NCBI GenBank assembly: GCA_951406725.2
Contig: OX597828.1
Location: 22,568,001 to 22,632,000, forward strand
Length of the DNA stretch: 64,000 nt
Direction: 5' to 3'
From: Octopus vulgaris
Lineage: Eukaryota
Shown in pieces: positions 28,807 through 42,717 of the stretch; positions within the stretch are counted from its first letter, which is position 1, and each line of letters opens with the position of its first letter. Below the pieces are notes generated by a model. That model had not been told where the DNA came from. It saw nothing but the letters and a program-made list of their open reading frames with translations, and did not search any database. The position numbers and the translations under genes were made by a program.

Positions 28807-29088
28807 GCCACCCTCTTGAGTACGAAATAGCCCGGTTATGAAAAATGAAAGTGCAGATAGTACCAATTATTGTTGGGCCCTTGGGAACTTATCAGAAGGC
28901 ATCAAGGGGAATATAAAGGAAATTGGAATGCAGTGGAAAAGGTTTGCCTCCTTGACACGGCCAGGATAATCAGGAATGTATTAGATAGCTGAAATGAACG
29001 AATAGCATGGTACCGTATGATATAAGTAGTAAGCCTGCTGTGCATGCAAGATTCAGGAGCTCCAACAGAACCTGTGATACAGAGAAAA
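27953..29088 (+). mobile_element. 5'-truncated, decayed R4/Dong-type non-LTR retrotransposon (post-RT region, CCHC, restriction-like endonuclease)
   Basis: Manual translation: PRADTGRLYMKRANGGRGLISVEDC; CRICNRVDETIAHIKNEC; RHHQVAEVLHW; ILWDFPIET..EHNRPDL..IVDIA; many stops; flanked by (AAT)n and (CTA)n. Confidence 0.88.
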
Positions 29089-29104
29089 TACTACTACTAC
29101 TACA

Positions 29105-29172
<68 letters not shown>

Positions 29173-29736
29173 TAATAATAATGATGATGATGATGATGAT
29201 GTCGATGGTGATGATGATGATGATGACTACCTGGACCCGTGAAAAATACACGGAAAATAAAAAAATGTAAGCGTCTGCAAAGAGTGTACTGGTGCCATGA
29301 GAAATATTTGTATATTAAGACTGTCCATCTTTACGTTCTGAGTTCAGATTCTGCCGAGATCGACTTTGCCTTTCGTCCTTTCGGGGTTGATAAATTAAGT
29401 ATCAGCTGTGTACTGGAGTCGATGTAATCAACTGGCCCACTCCCCACAAAAAAATTCAGGCCTAGAAAAGTAAGTATATTGTGAGTTACAGAATGTAGAA
29501 AATAATCTAACACCATTGACTATATAATCCAATCAAAACATCTCAGTTACACAAACGTTAAGCGGAATTACTATTTAAGCGTAAAGTACATCGTACATAT
29601 TCAAAGAATCTTAATGTACAACTTGAAATGCAGAAGAACGAAATAATAAAAGGATTTATGAATGAAAGTTTGGTAATTGCGTTTATTTCCACCACGCGTA
29701 ACTTATTGCAAACACGTTTTAACTAGTCTAAACTAT

Positions 29737-30520
<784 letters not shown>

Positions 30521-31122
30521 TTGGCAGCGGCTGTGGTGGGGCATGGAGGGAACGCTACATGTGTATGTACGCATAGGCGTATATGTTATGAATTCTTGCT
30601 GTCAGTGATTGTGACTGCGCTGTACCAATATAATGGTGAGCTTCCGTATATGGCGAGAGTATGTATATGACTGTGTATGCATGTATGTGTGTGTGTGTTA
30701 TATTTGTGTGTGTATGTGTGTGTGCGTTTGTGTACGTCTATGAGACTTATTTCATTTCATTTTATTTGATTTGATTTTTTTAATTGTAGTTTTAGTTTAT
30801 TGTTCCTTCAACTGCATTGGAATTAATTTATAGTGCCGGCGGCAGAAATGGCTGATAATAGCCCAATGTGTGTGTGTGTATGTATGTGTGTGTATGTGTG
30901 TGTTTATGTGTGTAGTTTACTACATGTATTGTCTTCCTTATTTGTTCCGTGCTATCTGCATTCATCTGTGGTGTCTCCATTATTAGTTGGTCTGTATCCA
31001 TGGGTGTGCAAATACGGCCGATATATGTCAGTCTGTGTGCGCGGATATGAGTTCTAGTGTCTGCGGAATTAAATCGAGCCTCTCATTCACTATTTCCTTC
31101 AGTCTATTAGGTATGGTTTCGA

Positions 31123-31185
<63 letters not shown>

Positions 31186-31345
31186 GTCTGTCTGTCTATC
31201 TAACTTAAAGACAGACGAAACACTCTTTCTTTAATACCCACGAGGGGCAAAGCACAAAGAAGACAAACAGGGACAGACAAACGGATTAAGTCGATTACAT
31301 CGACCCCAGTGCGTAACTGGTACTTATTTAATCGGCACCGAAAGG

Positions 31346-31505
31346 CTGCTACCAACCACTCCGTCTTTAGATCAGATGGCACCTTTGCTATCCTGACCCG
31401 GACGTGGCGCCCTCCCTTATACGTAGGTAACAGCACCAACTTTTCTGATCGCAGGACAGCTGCATAGTGTGAGGCCGCTTCTTCTTTTGTTGCAATCCTC
31501 ACCTC
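31346..31505 (-). pseudogene. Fragment of the CCHC ORF1-like protein family (middle part)
   Basis: VRIATKEEAASHYAAVLRSEKLVLLPTYKGGRHVRVRIAKVPSDLKTEWLVAA aligns by eye with LIFDTPGKACTVASQPLEGEEILLPPTYRGKVIRAWVCGLPPGTEAGWITDA of the 58-kb ORF. Confidence 0.75.
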
Positions 31506-31507
31506 CT

Positions 31508-32106
31508 AATTAGAGATTATTCTTTGTGGCTAATGGCGTGAGTCCTCATTGGAAGAAGAAGAAGAAGAAGAAAACAGTACGTTTGTCGGGAAAAATGTCG
31601 ACCGCAATGACTGAAATAATGTAACTAAATATCTTATTCTTCTCTCGGCACAATGCCAACCATTTAGAGAGATGGTGGTACTTGTCTTACCGATCCCGTA
31701 AGAATGATAGGCGAACACACTTCGGCAGAATTTGAACTCAGAATATAATGACAGACGAAATAACTATTTCTTTACCACCCACAAGGGGCTAAACACGGAG
31801 AGGACAAACAAGGACAGACAAATGGAATAAGTCGATTATATCGACCTCAGTGCGTAACTGGTACTTATTTAATCGACTCCGAAATGATGAAAAGCAAAGT
31901 CGACCTCGGCGGAATTTGAACTCAGAACGTAGCGGCAGACGAAATAACGCTAAGCATTTTGTCCGGCGTGCTAACAACTCTGCCAATTCTGACGCCTCAC
32001 GATGGAATTAAATATCGGAAGACATTTTTCCCGACAAACGTACTGTTTTCTTCTTCTTCTTCCAATCAGGACTCACGCCATTAGCCACAAAGAATAATCT
32101 CTAATT
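31508..32106. mobile_element. Element bounded by ~90-bp inverted repeats (MITE-like) containing a minus-strand SINE B (31722-31990)
   Basis: 31508-31599 vs 32021-32106 differ by one substitution and two GAA units; both ends terminate in AATT. Confidence 0.75.
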
Positions 32107-32199
32107 CGAGCCTACTCTAAGCAACTGAGAATGCGTGTGGAAACTTGAAGATCCACCCACCACACGCGATAGACTGGCGGTTGGACGGGTGCGAAAGCT

Positions 32200-32320
32200 A
32201 CGTTGTTATTCTCATTCCGTAAACGGCGGCCTTTAACGGGTGAAGAGCTGAACCATACTGGGGTACAGAGGATTCGCAATCTAGACTAGGGTCTGAAAAT
32301 TTACCACACCATAGTGGGTT
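32200..32320 (-). pseudogene. Possible decayed LINE reverse-transcriptase fragment
   Basis: GKFSDPSLDCESSVPQYGSALHPLKAAVY resembles the GVPQGSVLGPLLF motif of CR1/L2/Jockey RTs. Confidence 0.4.
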
Positions 32321-32344
32321 ACACCATGGTTCCTCTGCTTTGTG

Positions 32345-32527
32345 GCTGAAGTAGGAAGAAAGAGTGTGGTGAAAGAGTACAGCGGGGTTTATCCCCCTCT
32401 GCCGGAGACTCGTGGAGCTTAGGTGTTTTTGCTCAATAAACACTCACAATGCTCGGTCTGGGAATCGAAACCACGTTCTTACGACCGCGAGTCCGCTGCC
32501 CTAACCAGTGGGCCGTTGCACTTCCAC
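32345..32527 (-). mobile_element. SINE C, 5' half
   Basis: GGGAATCGAAACC...GCCCTAACCAGTGGGCC (reverse complement of the head). Confidence 0.85.
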
Positions 32528-32669
32528 ACGTACTGTTGTTTCGTGGAGAGGGCATACGTTTGTATATGAATATGTATTAATTTTATACTTTAACTCCTTT
32601 AGGCAATGAAATTTGGGGTCATGTTAGGGTATTGCAATCATAAAGATCACCGAAGATAGGCCAGATGAA

Positions 32670-33938
32670 AACAGAGCTTGGAAGAACAGACATGCTCAAT
32701 TGGTGGGGGAAGTGAAGTTGAGATGGGTACTAGTATCGTAGACTGGTCCCGGTTTACGCACACGCGCGTCCGCGCTAGCCAGACGTAGGCAGTCGATCCT
32801 ACGAGCTGACTGGCGCATGCACGATATATACTTGTATCGATATATACGATATATACTTGTATACGATATATACTTGTATATATACGATATATACTTGTAT
32901 CGCACGTCCCCGATTCGCGCGCGCGAATCGGGGACGTGCGATACAAGTATATATCGTATATATACAAGTATATATCGTGCATGCGCCAGTCAGCTCGTAG
33001 GATCGACTGCCTACGTCTGTTTAGCATGGACGCGCGTGTGCGCAAACCGGGACCAGTCTACGCTACTAGTACCGTTGAGATGTGGCTCTGCGCAACATTT
33101 AAAGATATAGAGAAGCTTCCCTATCTAATAGAGAAGCTTCCCTATCTAATGGGGGAAAATTTCCTGAATGTAATAGTAGAGGGTCGCAGACCCAATAGCT
33201 ACATCTGCGGTGAAAGGGGACATATGAAATTGAAGTGCCCGCAATATAAAAATAAACAGAACGAGCCGATACTGAATGAGAAAGAGGTGACAGAAGGAGA
33301 AATGGAGACGCAAAGAAGGATGAAGAGAGAAACAGAAAAGATAATAAATAATAACTGTAAGCAAGAAATGGGAGAGATAGAGAAAGAAACAAAAGCAACA
33401 AAAGAGGAGAGCGCTGGAGTCGTGAGCCCCAAGAAAAGGAAGAAGGCAAAATCTAGGGAAATGTTACAGAAAGCGACAGCAGAAGCAGAGAAGACGGACA
33501 TGAAGGATATAGAGCTACCTGAAACACAAGAAGTAGAGCAAAGACCAGGAGGTGCAAAGACCAGTGAGTTTTAAAATGAGCATAAAGGAGTCCTGATTTT
33601 TTACAAGAAATCAATAGAGGTGGAGAAGAAAATATCAAAGTGGAAAAATTTGGTGAGAGTAAAACTGCCTAAAGAGAGGAGGAAAAGTGTGTAAGTGTGA
33701 GTGAGTCAGCAAGCAAAGAACTGTGGAAACATTACAGAGAGTCCATGGCAGGATTGGATGGGCCAGTGTACAATAATGGTTGTGGACTTTACGAGACTGG
33801 AAAATTTCAAGAGAGAGGTAATAAATTTAGAATAAACATTTTAGGGGGAAAATGTGAACTATTTCTGTTAAGAAGAAAATTGTAAATTTTTTCGAGAATG
33901 TGTTCTGAAAAAAGAATGAGAAAAAAAAAGAGAAAAAA
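32670..33938 (+). mobile_element. Decayed ORF1-only retroposon (CCHC zinc knuckle), interrupted by a MITE
   Basis: VIVEGRRPN(S)YICGERGHMKLKCP at 33170-33240; acidic/basic linker; in-frame beyond the TAA: NEHKGVLIFYKKSIEVEKK; AATAAA at 33820 and 33831; A-rich end 33908-33938; 21-bp internal duplication at 33107-33148. Confidence 0.75.
32726..33073. mobile_element. Fully palindromic MITE with a 9-bp TSD (Mutator- or Merlin-like)
   Basis: TSD GTTGAGATG at 32717-32725 and 33074-33082; termini GGTACTAGTA/TACTAGTACC; symmetry axis 32920/32921 with no loop. Confidence 0.92.
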
Positions 33939-34845
33939 CTGTCTAAATGTAACGACTCGACTTCGTCGGACGAGTGGTCCGCCTCATTGTCTCATCTTTT
34001 TCATAATTCATTCGTCTCTCTTGGTTTTACTTCTTTTCTCAAATGCCTAGTTTTATTTTTAGTTCCCCGATTTTATGTTGTGTCTCGTCTGTACGTGTTG
34101 TATTTGTCTTAAGTATTTCGATGTACGCCTGTTAGTAGATAAAAAAAAAAAACAGACAGTTTTTCATACAGCACTGTGAAATCAGGATGAAGTCCATTGT
34201 CAAAATGGGGGAAGCCAGGTGTTAATAGCCAAACTGTGAAACTGTAACAATTTGGCTAAGACCTTGCCAAGCCTTTATAAGCAGAGATAATTGTTCACTC
34301 TGTTTTTTGTTTTTTTGCGACAGTTTCTCTGTGAGAGGCGGTTCAGTTGGATTCTAGAAACTGTGATTGCTTGCTTAGTTTATACAATTTGTGCTTTGAG
34401 TTAGGCAGTTATGGAATTATTTTATGCTCCAGGAATTCGCGAGAACTTTTTACTTGTCAGTTTTAAAATAATTTCTGTATCACATCTTATATTATAATAT
34501 TTATGTGAATTTCGATCCCTGCATATTTGACAGGTTGTGTAGTAATTTTGCTAGCTATTTTCTGTTAAGATAAATGTTGAAAAATTTATATAAATAGCTA
34601 GAGGGTGTATGAATTAATTTTTCATGTAGCCAAATTTTTGTATTAGACAACTGACTGTAAATTTTGTCTAATGGTTACTCGGCATGCTTGTATGACGCAG
34701 TTTTGTGTAAATTTAAAGCAAACTAGATTTTTTGAGGTTTGACTATTTAATTTTTTACTATAATTATTAATGTAGTCTGGCAGCAGTTTTGTGTCATAGA
34801 CTTCTAGTTTAAATGGTTGCTTTGAAATTAGATTTTTGTTTAGGT

Positions 34846-34978
34846 ACAAGGTTCGAAATCAAAAGAAAAAAAAGAGAATTTCACGTTTCGAGCGAAGCTC
34901 TTCATCAGAAATATAGAAAAATTCCAAAGAAGGGAAGACGGAAAAAGAAAATCTCAAACGATACACACGCGGTCACAC
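34846..34978 (-). mobile_element. Family P4 element with a minimal hammerhead at 34878-34912
   Basis: Minus: ATTT-CTGATGA-aGAGC ttc GCTC-GAAA-CGT-G-AAAT; the triplet is GUG, so this copy is probably dead. Confidence 0.72.
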
Positions 34979-34989
34979 ACACACATATA

Positions 34990-35222
34990 TTGTTGCGTCT
35001 GGGGAGAGTCATTAACATTTAGTGATTTAGTATTTGACACACTAACCGGTAAATTTTCCACTTATTTACTTAGGAAAAACGAATAAATAAACGAGTGGAA
35101 ATATTACCAGTGAGTGTGTTAAATAATAAAAGAGAATGACTCTCCTCAGACGCAACAAAGTATGCTTCAACACAGGAACTCACATAAAGTATCTTGCAAA
35201 CCGAATCCAAAAACGAAGTATT

Positions 35223-35225
<3 letters not shown>
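34990..35225. mobile_element. Imperfect fold-back element plus unpaired tail
   Basis: TTGTTGCGTCTGGGGAGAGTCATT (34990) pairs with AATGACTCTCCTCAGACGCAACAA (to 35158); the inner arms also pair. Confidence 0.7.
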
Positions 35226-35253
<28 letters not shown>

Positions 35254-35878
35254 TTATACACACACACACGACGGGATTCCTGCAGTTTCCGTTTAATTCC
35301 ACTCTGAAGTATCTTATCATAGCTATAGCAGCAATGACTTTATAAGGTGTCACACAGAGAGACTGAATCCCGAACCATGTGGTTGGGAAGCGAGCCTCTT
35401 ACCACACCTCTTTGTGTGTCTGTGTGTGTGTGTGTGTGCGCGCGCAGGTGAGTACGTATGTGAACATATATTTTTGCTGTTTATTTAATTGTGTGACTTT
35501 ACGTATATTTACGCATTTTCACTATCTCTACTCTTTTGTGCACGATTATCGTATTTCTGTTTATATCAGTATGTTTCCAACCCCTTCTCTCCATATGTGC
35601 CTTCGTGGATATGTTTCTCTTAAAGAACAAACGCATTAAATTATTCAATTGTTTTTGAAAGGACCTTAGGTATGTAGTTTGCTGATTTGACAGATTTTAA
35701 ATCGATTTTGCATATAGATTTGTTTAAATCTCACCATGCCACTTGCAGCCATATAAACTTAGTTATATATTTCTAATATAATTATTTTCTATAAGCTAAG
35801 TTAATAAATTATTGTTTAACTACATATTCACACAAACACATACACCTAAACTCTTGCATAGGTGTCTGCCTCTCTCTG

Positions 35879-35919
<41 letters not shown>

Positions 35920-37627
35920 CTACCTAGTTGTCTGTCTATTTATCTATCTCCATATATAGCTCTCTCTCTTTCTTTCTCTCTCTCTCTCTATATATATACA
36001 TAGCTAGCACTCTTTCTGTCTGTCTGTTCATCGATCTATCCAAGAATCTAGTTAATCGACTACGCAGTTTCTTACATAGATTCCAGAAATCTATAATTAC
36101 CAAAAACTAATGCTAATTTCTACAGGTGATCCTCTCATCGCTACATATTTACCTGTGTGAATTATAATTTTCATTTACGACAATTTTAAGAAGCTCAATA
36201 GAACTGCCTTCAGATGAAGATTAGTGGATTCCTTCAACATCGTCATTCGAGAAATATATCCAGTATCCTGCATTTTACTGTGCATATCGTTTAGTAAGCA
36301 GACAGACCGTTTTCGAAGTTATTTAATTTTTATACATATCAGTTTCAAATTTTGGCACAAGACTAGCAATTGCTGAGGGGGGTGGTTAAAGGCGATTACA
36401 TCTACCACAGAGATAAACTGATTTTTTTTTTATCGAACTCAGAGAAAGAAATGCAAAGACGACCTCGGTGTGCGTTTGCGTGAGTGTATGTGTGACTGTG
36501 TAGTAACAAAGTTCAGACCTCAGATCTTTGCTATACGTCCTCCGTCAAGTCTAGGAGGCCGGAGTAAGGACTTAATCGCTACACGAAGGACAACGTATGA
36601 CCAACGTAACCTTATGAGACAGAATCCGTTAAGAGATATGTCAACCCAGTGGAATGCGTTTACCGAAAGGCTCACATTGGCCACCGGGGCTGAATTCAGA
36701 CACGAATGCTTTTAAGTGTAAAGTGTAAGTCAGTTATTTGAGATCACGTGTAGAAGATTGTGGCTATGTATGTCCTCCATTTTTTCCAGTTTTCCTGTTG
36801 CCTTTGTCAAAGGAAAACAAACGAATTTTGCTTCAGATAAAAAGAAAAACGCTTTTCATCGAAATTGCGAGCGGTTTATATTAATTATCAGAAACATGAT
36901 TGTGGAATCGCTGCTATCAGAAACAGAACAGTTGTAAATATATACACACATAAGTAACATCTTTTATTGAATGTTGCATTGAAGTTGTCGCACAATGTAT
37001 ACTCACATATACCACTGACTTCTTTTGTTGGCAAACTTTCACAGATTTTTAAGTTAGGGATTTAGCTCCTTGAATCATCGCCAGCCGATCGATTTCCGGG
37101 AATGGTCAGGAGATGAAAAGATATGTCAGTCCCAGAAGGATTCAAATTCGGGAGATAAAGAATTAGAATTAATTACTCTAATGAATTTAATCTTATCATA
37201 CTATGATTTTTGCCAGATGAATAACCGATGTCCTAAGTATGATACAAATATAAGACGGATTGCTTGAACTATTCACTAAAACAGGATTAGCAATACTCGT
37301 CTCTATATTGTTGACTTTCATAGAACTCTTGTTGAAGAGTAAGTAATCAAAAAATTCCTCTTCATCTCTCCTTTACTTGTTTCAGTCTTTGGACTGCGGC
37401 CATGCGGGAGCACGACCTTGAAATATTTAACTCTGCTCTTTTTAATATTTAACTCTGGAGTTTATTTTCTTTTTAAAGTCCGGTATTGTATCGATCTCCT
37501 TTATTGAACAGCTAAATGACAGATATGTAAACAAAGCAATAACGGTTGTCAGAAAATGGGGAGGGTATACATAAACAAAAGCAAACATAGATGTATGCAT
37601 CTAAATGACGGTATTCTACACATTTAT

Positions 37628-37858
37628 AAGGCGGCGAGCTGGCAGAAACGTTGGGCGAAATGCGTAGCCGTATTTCGTCTGTCGCTACGTTGTGAGTTCA
37701 AATTCCGCCGAGGTCGACTTTGCCTTTCATCCTTTCGGGGTCGATAAATTAAGTACTAGTTACGCACTGAGGTCGATGTAATCGACTTAATACCTATGTC
37801 TGTCCTTGTTTGTCCCCTCTATGTTTAGCCCCTTGTGGGTAATAAAGAAATAGGTATT
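37628..37858 (+). mobile_element. SINE B with a 16-bp TSD, inserted into an old minus-strand SINE A (~37365-38010)
   Basis: GGTATTCTACACATTT at 37610-37625 and 37853-37868. Confidence 0.93.
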
Positions 37859-40283
37859 CTACACATTTTCCGTCTCCTAACTTAACTGACAAGTTATGAG
37901 TCGTTCAGGGAATAATAATTCAACTCAATTATCCTAACTACCACGCGGCGGAATTGAAACCGAATCCAGGCCGTTGCAAAGCGAGCTCATTAAACAATTA
38001 AGCATACTCTGTACACTTAATTCATCGACCATTTTAACATTAAAACCTTATCTCTGAGTAACATTAATGCAGTCCAGTCAATAATTAAGCGTTAGACTAG
38101 GTCCTCTGTATACGACAACTTGATCTTTGCTTGAATAGCTTCCTGCTTCAGAAACTTACGAATTGAAACGTCTGCCATTTAACAACTAGTCTTAAAAACA
38201 AGAAGAAATCTCTCTTCTTCTTCTTTTGGTTAAGCCATAAATGTTTATTTAGAGTAGATAACACGTATGTATATTCCAACGAATGTTCCAGGCCTTATAA
38301 CCTTGAACACAAAAAACAAATCATTTTCACTGTGCTTCCTCCAATGGCTAAGTCATAATCCTTTATTTAATATTTATAACGTGAATGTATATTTTATTCC
38401 AGCGAAACACCCAGGTTTTATTGTTATAATCCCATTCTGGAAGTAAGAGCTAAGCATTAAATGTACAAAATGCGAAATGTTATGAGAATAAGCAAAATCT
38501 ACGTATCACAATACCACGTATAGAACAATAGAAGTGTTAATTGCAACTCATTAATTATAAAATGTGCAAAGCACTAAATACACAGAAGTAAAACACACAC
38601 AAAAACTCACTCACTCACATAAACACAAACATACAAATGAATTTACCACTTTGTCAACAATACGTCCTGTATGTTATGGTCCAGGGTTGCACAACCAGTC
38701 ACAGATCAAACAGCAGGCAATTTGGAGTAAACCTGGGCCCTGGATGTATGTCACAAGGCCACAAGCGTTTGAACATCTCCTTATGCGGAATCAATCATTA
38801 TTTGTATTTATAGGATGCGCAGGTCCTGCGCCTGCGGTGAAAGGAAAGGAGAATGAGATTCTAGGAGTCTGTCGGTTTGCTAGTACTTGTAAATTTATCG
38901 ACAAAAAGCAACAGGAAACCACTGCTGTATGTTACCCAAGAATGAAAATATGAACCTTCGGTCATACGTAAGGATTTTACGACTGTACCCGTCATTAGAT
39001 ATAGCACATTCAGAAAGAAAGAGAGAGGACAGAGGCATAGACAGAAAATGAAAGAGAGATAGAGAGAAGGATACAAATAAAATATATGAAAGTTTAAAAG
39101 GTTTCGTGAACAGGAGGTTATTGCTACCGACGAAGTAGTATCTCCATTGGTTTACTTGGTGTCTGGTGATTTACTTTGTTAAACAATGTAAGATATATAG
39201 ACTGGCTTTCTTCCGTGTCTGTCACTCAATGATAAATACAGACTTTCTCAAGCTTCAATGACAACGCTGCTCTAGATTCTAACATTTCTCCTTGTTCTTT
39301 TCCCTCTTTGCTCATTCATTATTTAGGAACTGTGTGCTGTTGTGTATGAAACAAATACGTCAGAAATTTACCATACAGATACACACAAACACACGTATAT
39401 ATATATATATATATACACACATACACATACACTTATATATCGTTTCATCGGTCATATCTTAGTATATCAAATATACTTTAACGGATAATAATTAACTAAG
39501 AACAATTTTATTTCATCTTTATACATTTTTCATTTAATAACTTCACATAACCACGATGTGTGAAAAAAAAATAACACGTCAAAATTTACAGTCATAACAT
39601 ACATATTCCTGTCAGATATAGAATGTGAGATAAAATGGCTTAAGTATGTTGGATTTTAGCATTTCTATGGTATGTAAATTTAAATGGTCTTATGAAATGA
39701 TTAGCGTGTAAATATGTAAAAATTTGCTGCTCTGCAAGATACCAGTGATTGCCGCTGCCACCAAGGGAGCTAGACTTTAAAACATATCTATGCGTGATGC
39801 TAAACTGATTTTTCTCTCATATATATTCTCCCCACTCCTTAAAAATGGTCCCCTTTTAAATAGATATAACGGTTGTCTAGCGCGACATGGTTCCTTGTTC
39901 TGAAGTGTCTTGGAATTTCGAAATACATTTTTAGAGGAGGAGAGAACAAGGTTTATGGAGAAACGGGGAAATGTTTGATGCGAATTCCTCACCTCTTCAT
40001 TCTGTTCCTTAAGCGTTACACGAACACACACACACTCACGTGCACACAGACGTGTGTGTTTGTGTGTGAGTATATACATACATACACACACACACACACA
40101 CAAACACACACAAACACACACACATATATATATATGTATGTGTGTATGTATGTAGGTATATGCAAATACATAGATACACACATATTTCTCATAATCGGTT
40201 ACAAAGTGACTGCAGGGACGAGAAATTCAGAGGTGAAACCACGTTTGTGTATGTGTGTATGTATGTATCATCATATACATGTG

Positions 40284-40327
<44 letters not shown>

Positions 40328-40414
40328 ACAGACACACACACACATCTCTTCATGTTTCAGTCATTGAACTGAAATCCTTTTGGGGCACTGCTTGGAAAGG
40401 TGTCTTTGTATGTA

Positions 40415-40471
<57 letters not shown>

Positions 40472-41182
40472 GAGGAGAGCAATTTAGATAGATAAATGGA
40501 TAGGTAGATATCTATATATATATATTTGACTTAGCATTGTAAAAAGTGATTTTATTTGTATTTTTCTCGTGCCTATGTAGTATAAGTATTCTGATGTGCT
40601 TTACAGAAGCACCTCCTGTGGTCATTAACATCTGACACAAAATTTTATAGTGCTGTATTATAACGTCACCGATTGTGGTAGTATCATTATCACATATTTC
40701 AATTTAGAGAGAACCACCACCATATAATTCTGATAGGAGTACCGATCCTTTTCGGAGAAGCGGGTAGCGGATACAACGCTAAATAAGGTTTGAACTGGTA
40801 CAGTACAGGGACTCAATTCAGGACACAGAGATGGTTATGTTTATTAGTACTGCTAGACGTTGCCACAAGTGATGAGTCGTATCAAGTTACACAAGTCCTA
40901 TAACTCGCGGATAACCCATAATTTGATCTATTTAAAAGAATCGGCATTCATGCCTTATATATTTGATGGATGAAGGCAGACCAGCATGACGAAGGATATG
41001 TGAAGTTCATGTAACAACGCTTGTAAAGAAGAGAAATAACATATCGACAACCGAGGTCAAATATAAAGTACCCTTCATATTTGATGTTCCGAAAAAGTTC
41101 TAAAATATTATTCGAGGACTCCATTATGAGTCCATTGCAAAGCAACAGTAAGCTAATGACTTCCATAAAATAATTGCTTGTT

Positions 41183-41345
41183 CGCAGGAGTGGCTGTGTG
41201 ATAAGTAGCTTGTTTACCAACCACATGGTTCCCGGTTCAGTCCCACTCCGTGGCACCTTGGGCAAGTGTCTTCTACTATAGCCTCGGGCCGACCGAAGCC
41301 TTGTGAGTGGATTTGGGAGACGGGAACTGAAAGAAGCCCATCGTA

Positions 41346-41399
<54 letters not shown>

Positions 41400-41622
41400 T
41401 GTGTTTGTGTGTCTGTGTTTGTCCCCCTAGCATTGCTTGACAACCGATGCTGGTGTGTTTATGTCCCCGTTACCTAGCGGTTCGGCAAAAGTGACCGATA
41501 GAATAAGTACTGGGCTTACAAAAGAATAAGTCCCGGGGACGAGTTGCTCGATTAAAGGCGGTGCTCCAGCATGGCCGCAGTCAAATGACTGAAACAAGTA
41601 AAAGAGTAAAGAGTAAAAGAGA
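41183..41622 (+). mobile_element. SINE A, full length
   Basis: Near-identical to 19898-20308. Confidence 0.95.
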
Positions 41623-41645
41623 GAGTTCCCTCCTCATCTCATAAG

Positions 41646-41886
41646 CAGGGTTGGCCAAAAGTCAGCCGACAATAAATCAAAATTCCATAATTACTTAATA
41701 TTCAATTTTATTTACTCATTCCAATAATGAATGTTTAATAATTGAATGCTCTGAGTTAAAATCACTTTATTTCCCAACATTTGTGTGTTTATTAGAGAAG
41801 TCCCATATAATATAATTTTTTATGTTTTTGTTTTAATCTTGGAATTAAAAGGTTTTGATTTCCTGTCAGATAAATTCTGGCCAACC

Positions 41887-41889
<3 letters not shown>
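41646..41889. mobile_element. Tc1/mariner-type MITE
   Basis: CAGGGTTGGCCAAAAGTCAGCCGAC ... GTCAGATAAATTCTGGCCAACCGTG imperfect TIRs; same TIR as 17396-17421. Confidence 0.7.
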
Positions 41890-41931
<42 letters not shown>

Positions 41932-42717
41932 GGGTGTGTGTATGTATGTATATATATGTTTGCGTATGTATGCATGGATGTATGTATATACACTTTAACT
42001 ACATTACTCTACTGCATACATGAATGCATGCATTCATGTATGTGTTTATATTTGTCTGTGAGTATATACACATTGATTTCGTACTATTCCTATCCTTAAT
42101 ACGAGCTCAGTAAGATTTTTATCTTTGCGTCTGAGTGTATATTATTCAAATTGGAAAACGAACTGCGACCAAATTATATCAGAATACAGCAAGAAGGCAA
42201 TGACCTATCAGAAAGTCTACGGTCGTTTGTGGATGCGTGATGCTTCGCTTGCACACACAGCATATACGTTCATATATACCCCTAATTCTATTGACTGTAC
42301 ATTACGGAATATCACAGCACAATAAATAAATAAACACATGAAAAGACAAATAAATAAATCTAAAAGTAAAAGACTCCGTAACGTCAGTGACGGATTTCTT
42401 CGTCGGTTTCGACGACAAATCGTGTTAAATTTGTCGATTGCCTATTTTATCCTTTATTAGATTATGGAGAAAATGGCTGAATATTCCTCAAACATATTTA
42501 CCATTTGCGCAAGACCCAATCCATAGCGAAGAGAATACACAAAATATAGATAGACAGATACATATATAATGGTCGTGCGAGAGAGAGAGAGAGGAGAAAG
42601 AGAGAGAAGACAGCGTGCAAGTCGGTGGGAAGAAGAATTCATCCACTGTACATGAATTGTGTTTAGATATTTCTCGAATGCGAAAGGATACGAGTAAATG
42701 GTGGCGTTTATGGTAAT

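Noticed and set aside
32821-32980. Short repeats resembling a CRISPR array
   Set aside because: No unique spacers; these are internal 17-mers of a palindromic MITE in a eukaryotic context, with no cas genes.
35130-35150. CTGAGGA-GAG-tcatt-CTC on the minus strand as a hammerhead
   Set aside because: Not followed by GAAA or a stem III.
40780-41160. Possible integrase zinc-finger relic (SMTKDM*SSCNNAC)
   Set aside because: Too degenerate to distinguish from chance.
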